DNA of 64,000 nucleotides from Escherichia coli (GTDB lineage Bacteria; Pseudomonadota; Gammaproteobacteria; Enterobacterales; Enterobacteriaceae): NCBI RefSeq assembly GCF_965641715.1, contig NZ_OZ282454.1; one strand, 5' to 3'. Shown piece by piece: positions 12,650 to 23,800 of this stretch (position 1 is its first letter; each line of letters starts with the position of its first letter). The notes under the pieces were generated by a model. It saw only the letters and a program-made list of their open reading frames with translations, ran no database searches and was not told where the DNA came from. The position numbers and the translations under genes were made by a program.

Positions 12650-12933
12650 TTATTCTGGCGATTTCAATAAAGGCACTTGCCCGAGCTCTGTCATTTTCTG
12701 AAACTCTTCATGCTGCATTTCGATTTTCCTTCTAAGATCATAACTCGCATACCTGTTCTTTTTATGTATATCCATATCGATTTTTGTGACGAGTTCAAAC
12801 CACAATGTTCGCACTCCCCATGCAGCGTTATGAAACATTTCCGCAACGGTTTTAGAGTCTGTATTAACTGCTTCTGTCATGTAGTCGCTAATACGTTCAG
12901 CGGTAATTTTCGTTATTTCATCGTAATTCATTT
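12650..12933 (-). CDS. Hypothetical 94-aa protein
   Basis: ATG at 12931-12933 preceded by AGGAGA; AT-rich; lies immediately downstream of the toxin gene. Confidence 0.4.
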
Positions 12934-13037
12934 TATCTCCTACAAGATTATTTAATGGAATGCAAAATATCTGGCCTGATAACAATTCTCCAGAATTGAT
13001 ACCTGCAGGCTATGTTAAATCTGTCCCCACACACAAT

Positions 13038-13313
13038 CTACCTGTTTTCTCGTGTGTGCCACAGGCGCAATACATAAATAATCTGGCCATTAAGTTCGTA
13101 ACGGATTTCGTACTCGCCAGCAAAAATCCGTCTGACCTCCCTAGGTTCGAACTGAAACAACTGTTCTCCCATACGTGGATGAGTTAACAGAATGACCGGT
13201 GCCTGTGTCAGGGACTGCACCGTTCTGGCGGCCGCAGGTTTACTGGTCAGCACCAGAAAATCATATAACCGCGCCAAATCAGAAAGCGCCTTACTGGTCC
13301 ACTTCAGTTCCAT
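13038..13313 (-). CDS. RelE/ParE-family type II toxin
   Basis: 91-aa ORF MELKWTSKALSDLARLYDFL...RIFAGEYEIRYELNGQIIYVLRLWHTRE, typical ParE/RelE fold signature. Confidence 0.7.
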   Translation of the reverse strand: MELKWTSKALSDLARLYDFLVLTSKPAAARTVQSLTQAPVILLTHPRMGEQLFQFEPREVRRIFAGEYEIRYELNGQIIYVLRLWHTRENR

Positions 13314-13597
13314 CAGCGTGGCACCGGTAACGGATTGTCAGTACTGAGGCTGTCCGCCCAGGCCTGTACAGCCTGATGGTCGATAACCTGTCCGGATGTC
13401 ACATCGTCCAGGGCTGCCAGCGTCAGGCAATTACGCTCCTCCTCCTGGGCAAGCCATAAAGAAAGCGCCTGTTTGATAACCCAGCCCCGGGAGCGTTCCA
13501 GCCTGGCGGCCATCTGGTCGACTTTATCAGCCATAGGTAATGGCACATGCGCGGTAATGACTTTGGTTGCCTGTGCGGTATTGTGTTTCATTTGCAT
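13313..13597 (-). CDS. Cognate antitoxin (putative)
   Basis: 94-aa ORF immediately upstream of the toxin and overlapping it by one base. Confidence 0.55.
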   Translation of the reverse strand: MQMKHNTAQATKVITAHVPLPMADKVDQMAARLERSRGWVIKQALSLWLAQEEERNCLTLAALDDVTSGQVIDHQAVQAWADSLSTDNPLPVPR

Positions 13598-13756
13598 ATC
13601 CGATTAGTTGTTAATCATATTTAATCATAGTGATTACTTTCAGACGGAACAAGGCAAATAATGCGCGTCAGCACATGTAAGGCGGCACGTTGCTGTTTTA
13701 TATGGCACTGAAAAGCCAGATGTAAACCGCTACAGTCGTCCTAAAATCACCAGCCT

Positions 13757-13790
13757 CCCCATTACCGTCTTATATCACTGGCGCTGACAC
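13757..13790 (-). repeat. Solo copy of the IS21-type terminal repeat
   Basis: attaccgtcttatatcactggcgctgacac matches 11545-11578 exactly over about 30 bp, with no IS body attached. Confidence 0.45.
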
Positions 13791-14399
13791 CCTATATACA
13801 CATGCATAACTTTTCGGATATTACCACCAACAGATGCCGCGTTAGCGGCATGGAAGGCGGCATTCAGTTGTTGCATATGATACCGGAGTAAAACCGCCGA
13901 AGCCCGGCGTAAGCCGGTACTGATTGATAGATTTCACCTTACCCATCCCCATTCCTGCCAGACTATACCCGCGTTCAGCCATGAAAGAGCTTCTGTGCGC
14001 GATCGGAGTGGTCCCGACGAGGGTTTACCCGAAGTCGGGGCGTATCTCCGCGTTAGCGGGCCGTGAGGGCCGCTTACGAGCGTGTACTGAGTACTTCCAG
14101 CCAGAAGACTGGCAGCGATGATGTTGTGTAGTTACAACATTCATAATTAAAAGCGACTCTGTTCCGGCCCTTTGGGCCGGGGCGGGGCCGCTTTTCAGTT
14201 ATGAGGGAGGGGCTTTGTGGTTTCAGTTCTGCGCGAAACCGGGGTTTTTCCGGGGTCTATGTTTGCATGTTGTAACTAAAATGGCTCCGCTTGGGGCCCG
14301 CCACTTGCGGTGGGAGGTGCATATATGTCTGTCCGCAGGACAGGCAATGAATAGGTTTTCTTTTTAAATGAATGTAATTAAGTAGTTTAAAGGAGATAT

Positions 14400-14684
14400 A
14401 AACAGGTGTTTAAAAGATACATTGCACCCTGTAAGACTGGCGGCTGGCACTTTATGACATGAACGGTTGTAATCTTATGGGGAAGTCCCTTGCAGTTTAA
14501 TGTGGATAAGCAAAATTCCCCGTCTGTGAGGCGTATTTTGTATTAAAAACAGGGGGAACCGGATGCTCCAGAAGGTGGATGGTGAGGTTGTTTTTTGTAT
14601 GTGGTGCTGATTTTTTGTGCACTAACGGGCTTCAGGCGTGCGAATGCCTCCGGCGCGGGCCGGATTATTCTGAGGAGATCACTT
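14400..14684 (-). other. oriR: IncFII oriR region (approximate)
   Basis: Lies directly downstream of repA1; DnaA-box-like TGTGGATAA at 14491-14499; AT-rich tract. Confidence 0.45.
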
Positions 14685-15542
14685 TCAGGGAGACGCTGTG
14701 GCCAGCCGGCTGTAATTACGGTTACGTGACAGAATCATGCGCTCCTTCACACGACGCTCCACTTCGCGTTTTACCGCCTCACCATTAGCAGTGAAGCGTC
14801 CTTCCGAGATTTCACGCGTCAGCTGCCGTTTCACCAGGGTGACGATATCCTGACGTTCCCTGTTCGCATCACGACGCGCACGGGCACGTTTTATTCCACG
14901 GGACTTAAGCTCTGTCTGGTAACTGCGGAAACGCTCACGCACAAAACGCCAGGCTTTCGCTATCAGCTCATCCATACCCAGGGTATCCAGCCCCTGCTTT
15001 TTGCGCTGTTTGTTTTCCCATTCAACACGACTGCGGCGCGCAGCTGCCACTGCATCCTCAGACACATCAAGGGCAGCAAACAGAGCCAGTGTGAACGTGA
15101 TGTCGGTCGGAATGTAGCACCCGATAAGCGGGTCATATTCCGTCTGGTAGGTAATCAACCCCAGCTCTGACAGGAACGTCAGGGCACGGGTGGCACGGGT
15201 GATGGAGAGTTTTCCGGCAGCAGACTCCGTCGCCAGTCCGCACTCAATGGCCAGCGTGGTGATGGAGCACTGGACGCGGTTGGCCAGCGGGTCATAGTGG
15301 AAACACAGCCCCTGCAGGAGCGCATCAATAGCCCGTCGACGCAGCACTGGTGGCATGCGTCGACGCAGACCACGCGAACGGGCATGCGCCACATGAATGG
15401 CGAAATCAAAACGGGAAGTGAAGCCCACCACCTTTTCCATCAGTTTTTCGCAGAACTTCAGCGTTCCTGCACCTTCACGGGGTGTAAACACCGGATTCGG
15501 GTTCTTTACCTGGCGGTAATACGTTTGGTGAAGATCAGTCAC
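14685..15542 (-). CDS. repA1: RepA1 replication initiator (RepFIIA), GTG start
   Basis: (V)[106 protein letters not shown]...; closely follows R100/R1 RepA1. Confidence 0.92.
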
Positions 15543-15609
15543 ACCATCCTGCACTTACAATGCGCAGAAGGAGCGAGCACAGAAAGAAGTCTTGAACTTT
15601 TCCGGGCAT
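15535..15609 (-). CDS. tap: Tap (RepA6) leader peptide, translationally coupled to repA1
   Basis: Reverse complement reads ATG...[24 protein letters not shown], overlapping the repA1 GTG start. Confidence 0.75.
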
Positions 15610-15627
15610 ATAACTATACTCCCCGCA

Positions 15628-15722
15628 TAGCTGAATTGTTGGCTATACGGTTTAAGTGGGCCCCGGTAATCTTTTCGTACTCGCCAAAGTTGAAGAAGAT
15701 TATCGGGGTTTTTGCTTTTCTG
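15628..15722 (+). ncRNA. copA: CopA-like antisense RNA of the repA1 leader (approximate ends)
   Basis: Plus-strand stem-loop ccccggtaatc...gattatcgggg followed by tttttgcttttc near 15665-15720, antisense to the repA leader between repA2 and tap. Confidence 0.45.
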
Positions 15723-15846
15723 GCTCCTGTAAATCCACATCAGAACCAGTTCCTTGCCACCTTACGGCGTGGCCAGCCACAAAATTCCTTAAACGATCAG
15801 TAATCTAGCACTAATCTTCTGAACACTCAAGAATGTAAGCCCATCA

Positions 15847-16101
15847 TCACATGCATCGTTTTTGCGCTTCACTTTTTATCAGTGCGGTCAGAACTTCAGC
15901 CTGAGTCAGGCCATCTTCATGACACATTTGCATGAGCATGGCCTTATACTTTGGTTCAAGAAATACTTTTACTTCCTTGAACGAAGCTCTTTTACGGGCC
16001 ACTGATAATCTTTGTTTCTCTGCATCAGAAAGCGGATTCCCCTTTCTGTATGCTCGTTTTGCGCCAGATGAGGAAGTCACTGCATTTTCTGTCTGCGACA
16101 T
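15847..16101 (-). CDS. repA2: RepA2/CopB transcriptional repressor of repA1
   Basis: 84-aa ORF MSQTENAVTSSSGAKRAYRKGNPLSDAEKQRLSVARKRASFKEVKVF...; position and sequence as IncFII CopB. Confidence 0.85.
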   Translation of the reverse strand: MSQTENAVTSSSGAKRAYRKGNPLSDAEKQRLSVARKRASFKEVKVFLEPKYKAMLMQMCHEDGLTQAEVLTALIKSEAQKRCM

Positions 16102-16340
16102 CTCGCCTCCTCAATACTCAAACAGGGATCGTTTCGCAGAGGATACTACAGTTTTTTGAAATCAGCGACTTGAGAGTTGTGACAAAGATCTGTGTTGGCG
16201 CACAAATCAACGGGGATTACTGTCGTTTAATGTGATTTAAACTGTGGAATAGTATGGTTTTCAGTTATGGAAACGCCGGGAGCGGGGAAAACTTGCTTTT
16301 TCCCGTTTCCGGGGTTGGACAACTGAGCAACGCGAAGGCG

Positions 16341-16931
16341 TCAGCTACGATGTTCAGGTGGCTGCTGATCAGCCCCTGTTGTATTCAGCCATTCGCCGGT
16401 CATCTGCAGCAGTTTTCTGGCATCGTGGCTTCTGAGCAACGGTATACCAGCCTGCCTCATAACCTCTTCCAGAAGAATATCCCGGCGTCTGCGTTCCGGT
16501 CGTAAATGGCTGGCATCATCCAGCTCTACTGCTGCAACAATACTGAACGAACGCCGCTCAACGATAACCACATCAACATGCCACTGGGACACCATCCTGA
16601 ATAACTGCCACCACTGACGTGATCGTGGCCGGATATTCCCGTTCAGCTGGACGATATCAGCGACCCGTACCTGCGGGCACAGATACCACCGCTTCATATC
16701 CACAATCCTGAACAACCCTTTCATGAAACTGACCTCTCTTTCTGTCAGCAACGTTTTCTGACGCTGCCAGTATTCACCGCTGACCAGTATTCGCTCAGCT
16801 TCACCGGGGCGTATGCCTGCTGCATGTAACCGTATCAGTGCGGGAGGACAGTTTTTACTCCTCCGGAATATTATCCGGACAGACAAAACAGCTATAATAA
16901 TAACGACTACAATGAAAATAATTAAATTCAT
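16341..16931 (-). CDS. Membrane-anchored DUF2726-like (nuclease-related) protein
   Basis: N-terminal TM helix LIIFIVVVIIIAVLSV; the conserved-looking core (LTEREVSF...CPQVRVADIV...VDVVIVERRSF...AVELDDASH) is assigned to DUF2726 from memory. Confidence 0.55.
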   Translation of the reverse strand: MNLIIFIVVVIIIAVLSVRIIFRRSKNCPPALIRLHAAGIRPGEAERILVSGEYWQRQKTLLTEREVSFMKGLFRIVDMKRWYLCPQVRVADIVQLNGNIRPRSRQWWQLFRMVSQWHVDVVIVERRSFSIVAAVELDDASHLRPERRRRDILLEEVMRQAGIPLLRSHDARKLLQMTGEWLNTTGADQQPPEHRS

Positions 16932-17082
16932 TATTATGTCCTTAATTACATATGAGTCCAGGTGAACGAATGTAGTTTTCACCCGAAGTAAGACTCGAAA
17001 TATTTATCCCATGAATTACCTGAACGTTATCAGAAATACGACAAACCAGATCCGCAACAGATAATTCTGTTGTGATAAGGGG

Positions 17083-17709
17083 TCACCGCCTCGTTAACCA
17101 GACAATTTTATCAGCCTGGATTTTAATTACCCCACGACGAACCAACTCACTACGTATACTAACAGCCCGTTCTTTATGCCATTCTCCTCGCATATGCGAT
17201 TTTAAATAATTATTAAACCCCTCCACTGACACCGGTAAATTCCGCACATCACTTCCGGATGCCTGCTGCATTCTGTTAGCCCACCGGATAATAACATCCC
17301 CCTCAGGGACAATCAGGTGAGATACCGGCAAATGACTCTCAGCGTGCTCTGGCGCAATACGTTCGCAACGAAAACCCCGTTTTTGCAGAGTATGAATTAT
17401 TCCATCATAGCCTTTATCGTTTGAAATAATATGCCAGGTGTTGTTTCCGGCACTGCAGCACGTCATCCTGCCGAGCTCCATAACAAGGTGAAAGTCAACA
17501 TTATTCTTCGAAATGTTATCTATCTGTCTGATACTCACTCTGATATTATCTGGCCAGGTATCAGCAGGTAAGACCACTGTTTGCTGAAGAGGACCAGCAA
17601 ATAAAATCAAATCGGTATAATCAGCAATCGATATATTTCTCAGATTGCAACAGTTTTCATAATCAATGAGCGCAATGCGTAATACTTCATTTCTCATCAT
17701 GTTTTCCAT
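17083..17709 (-). CDS. Hypothetical protein with a possible NYN/PIN-like nuclease N-terminal domain (start uncertain)
   Basis: RIALIDYENCC and IISNDKGYDGIIHTLQKRGF segments resemble NYN/LabA-type motifs; weak, memory-based assignment. Confidence 0.35.
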   Translation of the reverse strand: MENMMRNEVLRIALIDYENCCNLRNISIADYTDLILFAGPLQQTVVLPADTWPDNIRVSIRQIDNISKNNVDFHLVMELGRMTCCSAGNNTWHIISNDKGYDGIIHTLQKRGFRCERIAPEHAESHLPVSHLIVPEGDVIIRWANRMQQASGSDVRNLPVSVEGFNNYLKSHMRGEWHKERAVSIRSELVRRGVIKIQADKIVWLTRR

Positions 17710-18419
17710 TATATATTCACCATAATAAAACAGAATAAACTGCAAACCCGACGCAGTGTATCTACCGGTCTGGTTAAGTTTTCATTATCGGGATATAAAA
17801 TATTGTCTGCCGCCAGTCAGGCAGCCCGGAGTTCCGTGAGTGATATCACAAATCAATAAACCACCACTTAATTCATAAACATCCTTGTGTCACTATAAGC
17901 CGGTCGGTTATCCGGTGCGCCATGAGTAATCCGTTCTGAAGAACGGAAATACAGAGTGCCAGGTTGTCTCACATAATACAAAAGCAAATTTCATGCATCA
18001 TTCAGCCTCCTTACCCTGGAGAAACGGAGGCTGTTTTTATATTCCTGAAACACCATCCGCAATGATTCATCGCTGGTGAGTTTTATGAATTTAATCTCAA
18101 ATATGCCAGCCTCTTTATTTATTCCTTCCGTCCATATTTCCGGCATCGTTCTGCGCGTAGCCGGGCAAATCGTCGCCAGTCCGCCCGGGGAGCAATTCCG
18201 GCGGCCTGACACCACGCCTCAGCAGCCTCCATCCAGAATCCACGGATTTCCAGATTAACAGCCCTGTGTCCGGTACGCTGCCAGCGCCAGACCTGGCCGT
18301 TTCGTGAACTGTTTCTGAATCCATTCATTTTCCTGTCCCCCTTTAGTTGTCAGTATTATTGTGATAAATAATTCAGTGGACTAGTTTTCTTTCGGGTACG
18401 GAAGTTATTTCCTTTTAAG

Positions 18420-18447
18420 CCTTATTTCCCTGCCTCCCCTCTCTGAG
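18420..18447 (+). terminator. Rho-independent terminator (plus-strand orientation)
   Basis: gcctcccctctctgagggaggc hairpin followed by TTTTTTC. Confidence 0.4.
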
Positions 18448-18458
18448 GGAGGCTTTTT

Positions 18459-19019
18459 TCATTTCTCATCAAGCACGGCCTGAAGTTCTGCCTTTATCCG
18501 GTTCTGGCGGCGGATTTTATCCAGACGCGCTGCTGCATACGCTTCCTCCTCCTGAGAAATATGCTCCGTCACATACCCTTCCGTGTCATACCGGCAGGCA
18601 CCGGCTTTCATGGCACACAGATAGCTTTCTGAACGGGTGATGGCCTTCAGCGCCCTGCGCAGCTTTTTATGCGAGAGCGGGATATTCCGCTGCGCCACGT
18701 CTTCCAGTAACACGTCCCGGATACCGCAGGCCAGAAGCCGGGGCGTGTCACCGTCAAATAATCCCGGCCACCAGGGTTTCAGGGTGTTCACGGCCTCATC
18801 CAGCGTGGGCAGGTTCAGATAAATGGACAGCGCCTGTCTGGCCTGCGCTTTTTTTGCCGCCAGCTCCGCTTCCCGGGCTGCTTTCTCGGCCAGCTTCTGC
18901 TTTTTCACCTTCCATTTTGGTGGCGTGGTGACATTGATGATGGTTTTCCGGCTGCGGACAGGCGTCTCTCCTTCCGTTTTCCGCTTCAGTGTCAGTACCG
19001 GTCGTTTTTGCTCTGCCAT
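18459..19019 (-). CDS. finO: FinO fertility-inhibition RNA chaperone (intact)
   Basis: [53 protein letters not shown]...; 186 aa from the internal ATG. Confidence 0.92.
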   Translation of the reverse strand: MAEQKRPVLTLKRKTEGETPVRSRKTIINVTTPPKWKVKKQKLAEKAAREAELAAKKAQARQALSIYLNLPTLDEAVNTLKPWWPGLFDGDTPRLLACGIRDVLLEDVAQRNIPLSHKKLRRALKAITRSESYLCAMKAGACRYDTEGYVTEHISQEEEAYAAARLDKIRRQNRIKAELQAVLDEK

Positions 19020-19121
19020 GCTTACTCTGACCTTCGTGAAAATATGCCCTGCAGGCCGTTGAAACAACTCATCGTAACAGGAAGTTAATTTCAACGACCT
19101 TTAACGTATAAATACTGACAA

Positions 19122-19982
19122 TTAAAGATATTGTTTAAACCATTGTGTCTGCACAGCTACTACACGTTCAAAAAACGCGCCCTCATAAATATCATAATGG
19201 CATGCATCAGCTTCCTCGTATAATTCCTTAGTACCAGAAGCAACAGCATCATATAATGCTCTTCCCTGTTCCGGTGGATTAACGCTATCCTGGCCGGCAA
19301 TAACAACCAAAACTGGGCACTGGACGCTGGCTGCACTCTCTGCCGGTTTATATTGCAACGTTTCCATGACCGTAAGGAAAGGTATTTTTATATCCATTTC
19401 GGGATGCCGGGCTTTGATTTTCTCGAAGAATACCTTCGATTCATCATCACTTAGTACCCGTGTAACCCCCACAAACATCTCTTTCCCGGTGTTTTTCTTC
19501 TTCTCTGCCATTTTATTCAGCGTGGATAGAAAAGACGCTCTCTCCGATTCATTCATCTCTCCGGTAACCAGAACATCACCGTCAGCAAAAGCCAGCTGGC
19601 TGACAATACATTTTACGCGTTGGTCCTGCGCAGCTGCACTGAAGACATGCCCCCCACCCAGCGATGTTCCCCATAACCCAATACGCTGATTATCAATACA
19701 TTCCTGCTTTTCTGCCCAATTGATAACTGAAATAATATCTTCGGTCTGCATTGCAGGAACCAGACGCCCTCGTTCTCCATCACTCTCACCGAATCCTCGA
19801 TAATCAAAAGTAATCGTTGCGAATCCTGCTTCTGTGAAGGCATTCGCAAAGCAAGGGAGCAGAACATTCCTGATACCGCAAAACCCATGGCATAAGATAA
19901 TCAAAGGATGTTTTATATTTACTTCAGGAACACGAAATGTCAGGGCAATACCTTCAGAGAGTTTGTGATCCGTAATTTTCAT
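19122..19982 (-). CDS. Alpha/beta-hydrolase (dienelactone-hydrolase-like) protein
   Basis: HGFCG oxyanion-type motif, nucleophile elbow GWGTSLGGG, C-terminal Asp/His. Confidence 0.7.
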   Translation of the reverse strand: MKITDHKLSEGIALTFRVPEVNIKHPLIILCHGFCGIRNVLLPCFANAFTEAGFATITFDYRGFGESDGERGRLVPAMQTEDIISVINWAEKQECIDNQRIGLWGTSLGGGHVFSAAAQDQRVKCIVSQLAFADGDVLVTGEMNESERASFLSTLNKMAEKKKNTGKEMFVGVTRVLSDDESKVFFEKIKARHPEMDIKIPFLTVMETLQYKPAESAASVQCPVLVVIAGQDSVNPPEQGRALYDAVASGTKELYEEADACHYDIYEGAFFERVVAVQTQWFKQYL

Positions 19983-20040
19983 AAATATCCTGTGTTATGT
20001 TGTTTATTAATAATCAGAATCAGCGTCAGTATCATACCAG

Positions 20041-20787
20041 TCACAACGCCAGAATGCCCAGCACAGCCAGATGACAGCCATAGAACGTCGGGAAAAAATC
20101 TCCGGGCCAGAAACGGGGTAATGATTTTCCTGCACGCGACACCAGACCAACGGTCAGCACCGTCATCACAAGACCAGCTACAGCCGCCGCATCACTGGAG
20201 GCAAGGTTAAGTGCCGGAATCACGGCCAGCAGGCATGCAACCAGCGCCAGACGTTCCGTTCTGTCTTCCGCCCGGTACAGCCGGTGACTGACCGCCAGCA
20301 TCAGCAGCCCGGTAATGCCGTAACTGGTGCCGGACAAAGGCCCCCACAGTGCCATCAGGAGTATGGCCGCAGCAGTACGCCACAAGCTGCGCGTCTCACA
20401 CCACGTCAGCACCTGTGCCGCCACTGCAAAGGCAAACAGGATATTCCCCTCATACCACGGAAAGCCGGCCAGATAATACGAGAACTGGGCAATCACTGCC
20501 CATCCCCACAGCCGGTTAATGGCCACCTGCCGGATATGCGCATGACGGGACAGATTCCGCCCCCACACCAGGGCAAACAGCGGAAAGGCTCCACGCCCGG
20601 CCAGAAACATCCACGTCTGGTCCAGATGCAGAATGCGGTTTGCATGGTCCAGAACCATCAGCACCAGTGCCACCGTTTTGATGATATCCCGCTGTCCGGG
20701 TGACCAGACCAACAACGACTGCAACCAGGTATCGGTCCGTGCAGCCAGTGAATCGTTACGTGTCGTGTTCGTGTTATCCGTTGTCAT
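20041..20787 (-). CDS. traX: TraX F-pilin N-acetylation protein
   Basis: 248-aa polytopic membrane protein at the 3' end of the tra operon next to finO. Confidence 0.88.
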   Translation of the reverse strand: MTTDNTNTTRNDSLAARTDTWLQSLLVWSPGQRDIIKTVALVLMVLDHANRILHLDQTWMFLAGRGAFPLFALVWGRNLSRHAHIRQVAINRLWGWAVIAQFSYYLAGFPWYEGNILFAFAVAAQVLTWCETRSLWRTAAAILLMALWGPLSGTSYGITGLLMLAVSHRLYRAEDRTERLALVACLLAVIPALNLASSDAAAVAGLVMTVLTVGLVSRAGKSLPRFWPGDFFPTFYGCHLAVLGILAL

Positions 20788-20806
20788 CAGCGTTTATCTT
20801 CCTGTA

Positions 20807-23800
20807 TCAGTCTCCGCCCAGGGTTTTCTCTTTCTGCAGGTCACGGACCATATCCCGCTCCATCTGCTGCAGTCGCTCCTGCAGCAGGTTTTCCCGGACA
20901 ACCTCACGGACCGCTTCCCGCTCCCGTTGTGGTTCACGCAGTACACTCTCCGGCAGCGCGGCTTCCCGTTCAGAAGTGACAGCCCGTTCACGCTCCTGCC
21001 CGGCAATCTCCCTGACAGCCTGCTCTGTTTTGCCATCCGGCAGGTCAGGTTTGTTCTCTGCCATTTTACGGACAATTTCATCTGCGCGGCGTTCCGTTTC
21101 ACGGCGGATGGCCTCTTCAGCCTGCCGCTGTGCCAGTACCTCTGCCGTGACCGGTTCACCGTTTCCGGCACCCGGCTGAACGCTGTTATCCGGAATATCC
21201 CCCCACACGCGACCACCGGTGATGGCACCGGGATTCCACGGACGACCTTCACCGGCAATTCTCACCACCACACCGCTGTCAGGATTATCACGGGCAATCC
21301 GGACACCATCCTGCATATTATCAGCCAGCAGGCTTTCTCCGTTACGGCTGCCCTGCAGGGCCACGAACTGCGCATCCCCGCTGCCCTTCACCCGTCCTTC
21401 ACCACTGAATCCCCGCAGCCCGTTTCCGTCATCCGTGGTCAGTGGGTTCAGCCAGATACCGGCGGACTTGCCGTTACGGTCAAACGCCGGCAGTGCCACA
21501 TACGGCTGTGGATATTTACGTCCCGGAGCAATAAACCGTGCAGGACTGTCTCCCCCGGACAGCCCCGCCTGACGAAGAACGGCTCGGCCTGCCGCCACGT
21601 CCCGCAGTTCCCGTGCCGTACTGAACAGCCGCTCTGCATTCATGACCTCCCGGTCCGGTTTCGGCTCAAACACATCGTGGGCAGTTCCTTTCTGTACGGC
21701 ATTGTTAATGGCATCCGTCCAGCCCTGACGGTTATCGGTGTACACCTGCACATGCTGCTTCATACGCGACAGGGCCACGTAGGCTGACTCAAAGCCGGCC
21801 ATCTGTTTCCGGTTACCTTCCGTGCCTTCAAGCGCAATGGCAAAGGTTTCACTTGCCCCCTGCGCACCGTGGGCGGTGATGGCATAGGCCAGGTCAATAT
21901 GTTGCTCTGCCCGCTCCTGTCCGGGGCGAATCACCCGGGTCTGCTGTCCGTCCGACAGCGTGACACTGTCACCGGAAACCGCTGTCACCGTCCAGACGCT
22001 GTTGGCCACATAACCGCGCTCCCGGTCACTCTTCGTGAAGCGCATCCGGTCACCGGTCCCCACCCGGATGGTGTCCGGGGTGTACAGTGTGACGCCTTCA
22101 GCCACCGCCTCCCGGGGCGAAATCAGCCGCGTGTTACCTTCAGCATCCTGCAGGGTTATCAGCCCGTCATCCCTGCTGATACCGGCAATCCGGTGATACA
22201 CATTATCCACCAGGGCAAGGGCATCCGGGTTATTCTCCCAGGTGGAGAGACGACGCAGCTCCCCGTCACGTATATTCGCTGTGTTCAGGACAGGCACCAT
22301 GACCTGCTCCTGCCCCAGCTCACCGGCCTTTTCCCGTGCATCATGAATCATGCTGTTCAGTACGCGCCGGTCCTCATTCAGGTGCGTGACAATCAGCGTC
22401 TGCTCCCGTGCTTCCGGCGTCCTGCCGGTATAGTCGCGGACAATGGCTTCATACAGTGTCATGGGGACATCCGGGAAAGCCTCGCCTTTCAGCATCGCCT
22501 TCTGCTGCGCTTCTGCCAGTTTCGCTTCCTGGCTGTGACTGAACTCCGTCACGGAGTGCTCCGGTGCCCATGCGCCCTCCAGACGTGGCACCTGAGACGG
22601 TTTCACTCTCTCAAGCCCGGACAGTGCCCTTTCCACATCCCGGTTAATCAGGCTGTATACCGCCTCCCGCAGTTCCGGCGTCTGACGCACAATCTCCTTC
22701 ATGATGACCACATCGGCAGCACTGCGCGTCTGCTGGAGACGGAAAGGCTGACCGGGCGCGATGGCCTGCAGCTGGTCCGTGTCACCGCTGGCCACAGCAC
22801 GACCGCCACCGGCCGCAATCAGGGCGTATGCCCGTGCCATGTCGGTATTGCCCACCATTGAGCTCTCATCGAGCAGGAACAGCGTGTTGCTGAAATCCGG
22901 CGTTTCTCCGCTGCGCTGCTGCAGCTGCGTGTCATGCAGAAAGGACGCCAGTGTCTGTGCATCCACGCCGGCGCTGCGCATCTCACCGACCGCACGGTGC
23001 GTGGGCCCCAGCCCCACAACTCGGGGACGCTCACTCGCTGGCAGCATGTTCACGGCTGACATCACCGCCCGGAACTGTGTGGTCTTACCCACACCGGCAT
23101 AACCCTGTACCACCGTGAAACGGTCGGACGTTTCCAGTATCATACGGGTGGCGGCACGCTGTCCCGACGTTAACGTCTCCATGAGTTCGCCGGGTACTCT
23201 CTCCATCAGCGGCGTGACCGCCTCCTTACCTTCGAGAATATGGCGAAGAATACTTTTTTCTGCCTCATACGACGCACGGGAAACCAGCAGGCCTGTGCCA
23301 TAGCCTTTTGCCACATCCACATACAGTAAGTCACCGCGTTTTATCTGCGCATTGATTTCCCCTCCCAGTTCAGTAAAACCGGTTCCTTCTGCAGCAAACG
23401 ACTTCGCCTCTGTCAGCAGGTCCACCATGCTGAAGGCCAGGTTTTTACTTTCCAGCACAGGAAGGGCCAGATGAATGGCCTGCTGTGCCGGCGTGTGCAG
23501 CCCGGCTTTCTGCAGACTGATAGCGGTTTCCAGCGATGTCTCACCGGCCCGCGCCTTTATCTGCTCAGAAACCACCGTAAAGGAGGGATGGCGGGCAAGT
23601 TTTTCCGCAGTACGGGTTTCATCCAGTGAGGAATACAGCCGGACATCACGACCGCTGCGGGCCAGACCGTTCAGGGTGGCGTTGTCCATCGCCATCTGTG
23701 TGACGGAGGCAAACACCGTCGCACTGTCACTGACGGAATGCCCGGGCGTTTCCACCCAGCCGTTCTCCAGCTTCAGTGCCGTGAACGGTGAATCAACCAC

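Noticed and set aside
13840-13900. Short motif agcggcatggaaggc and neighbouring bases shared between 13840-13900 and 52868-52960
   Set aside because: Similarity is short and diverged; it may be a remnant of a small repeat element but I cannot support any specific identity without a search.
15555-15803. ORFs 15555..15740 (minus) and 15297..15803 (plus) in the repA1 control region
   Set aside because: This region is occupied by the tap leader peptide and the copA antisense RNA; the longer ORFs are overlapping chance frames.
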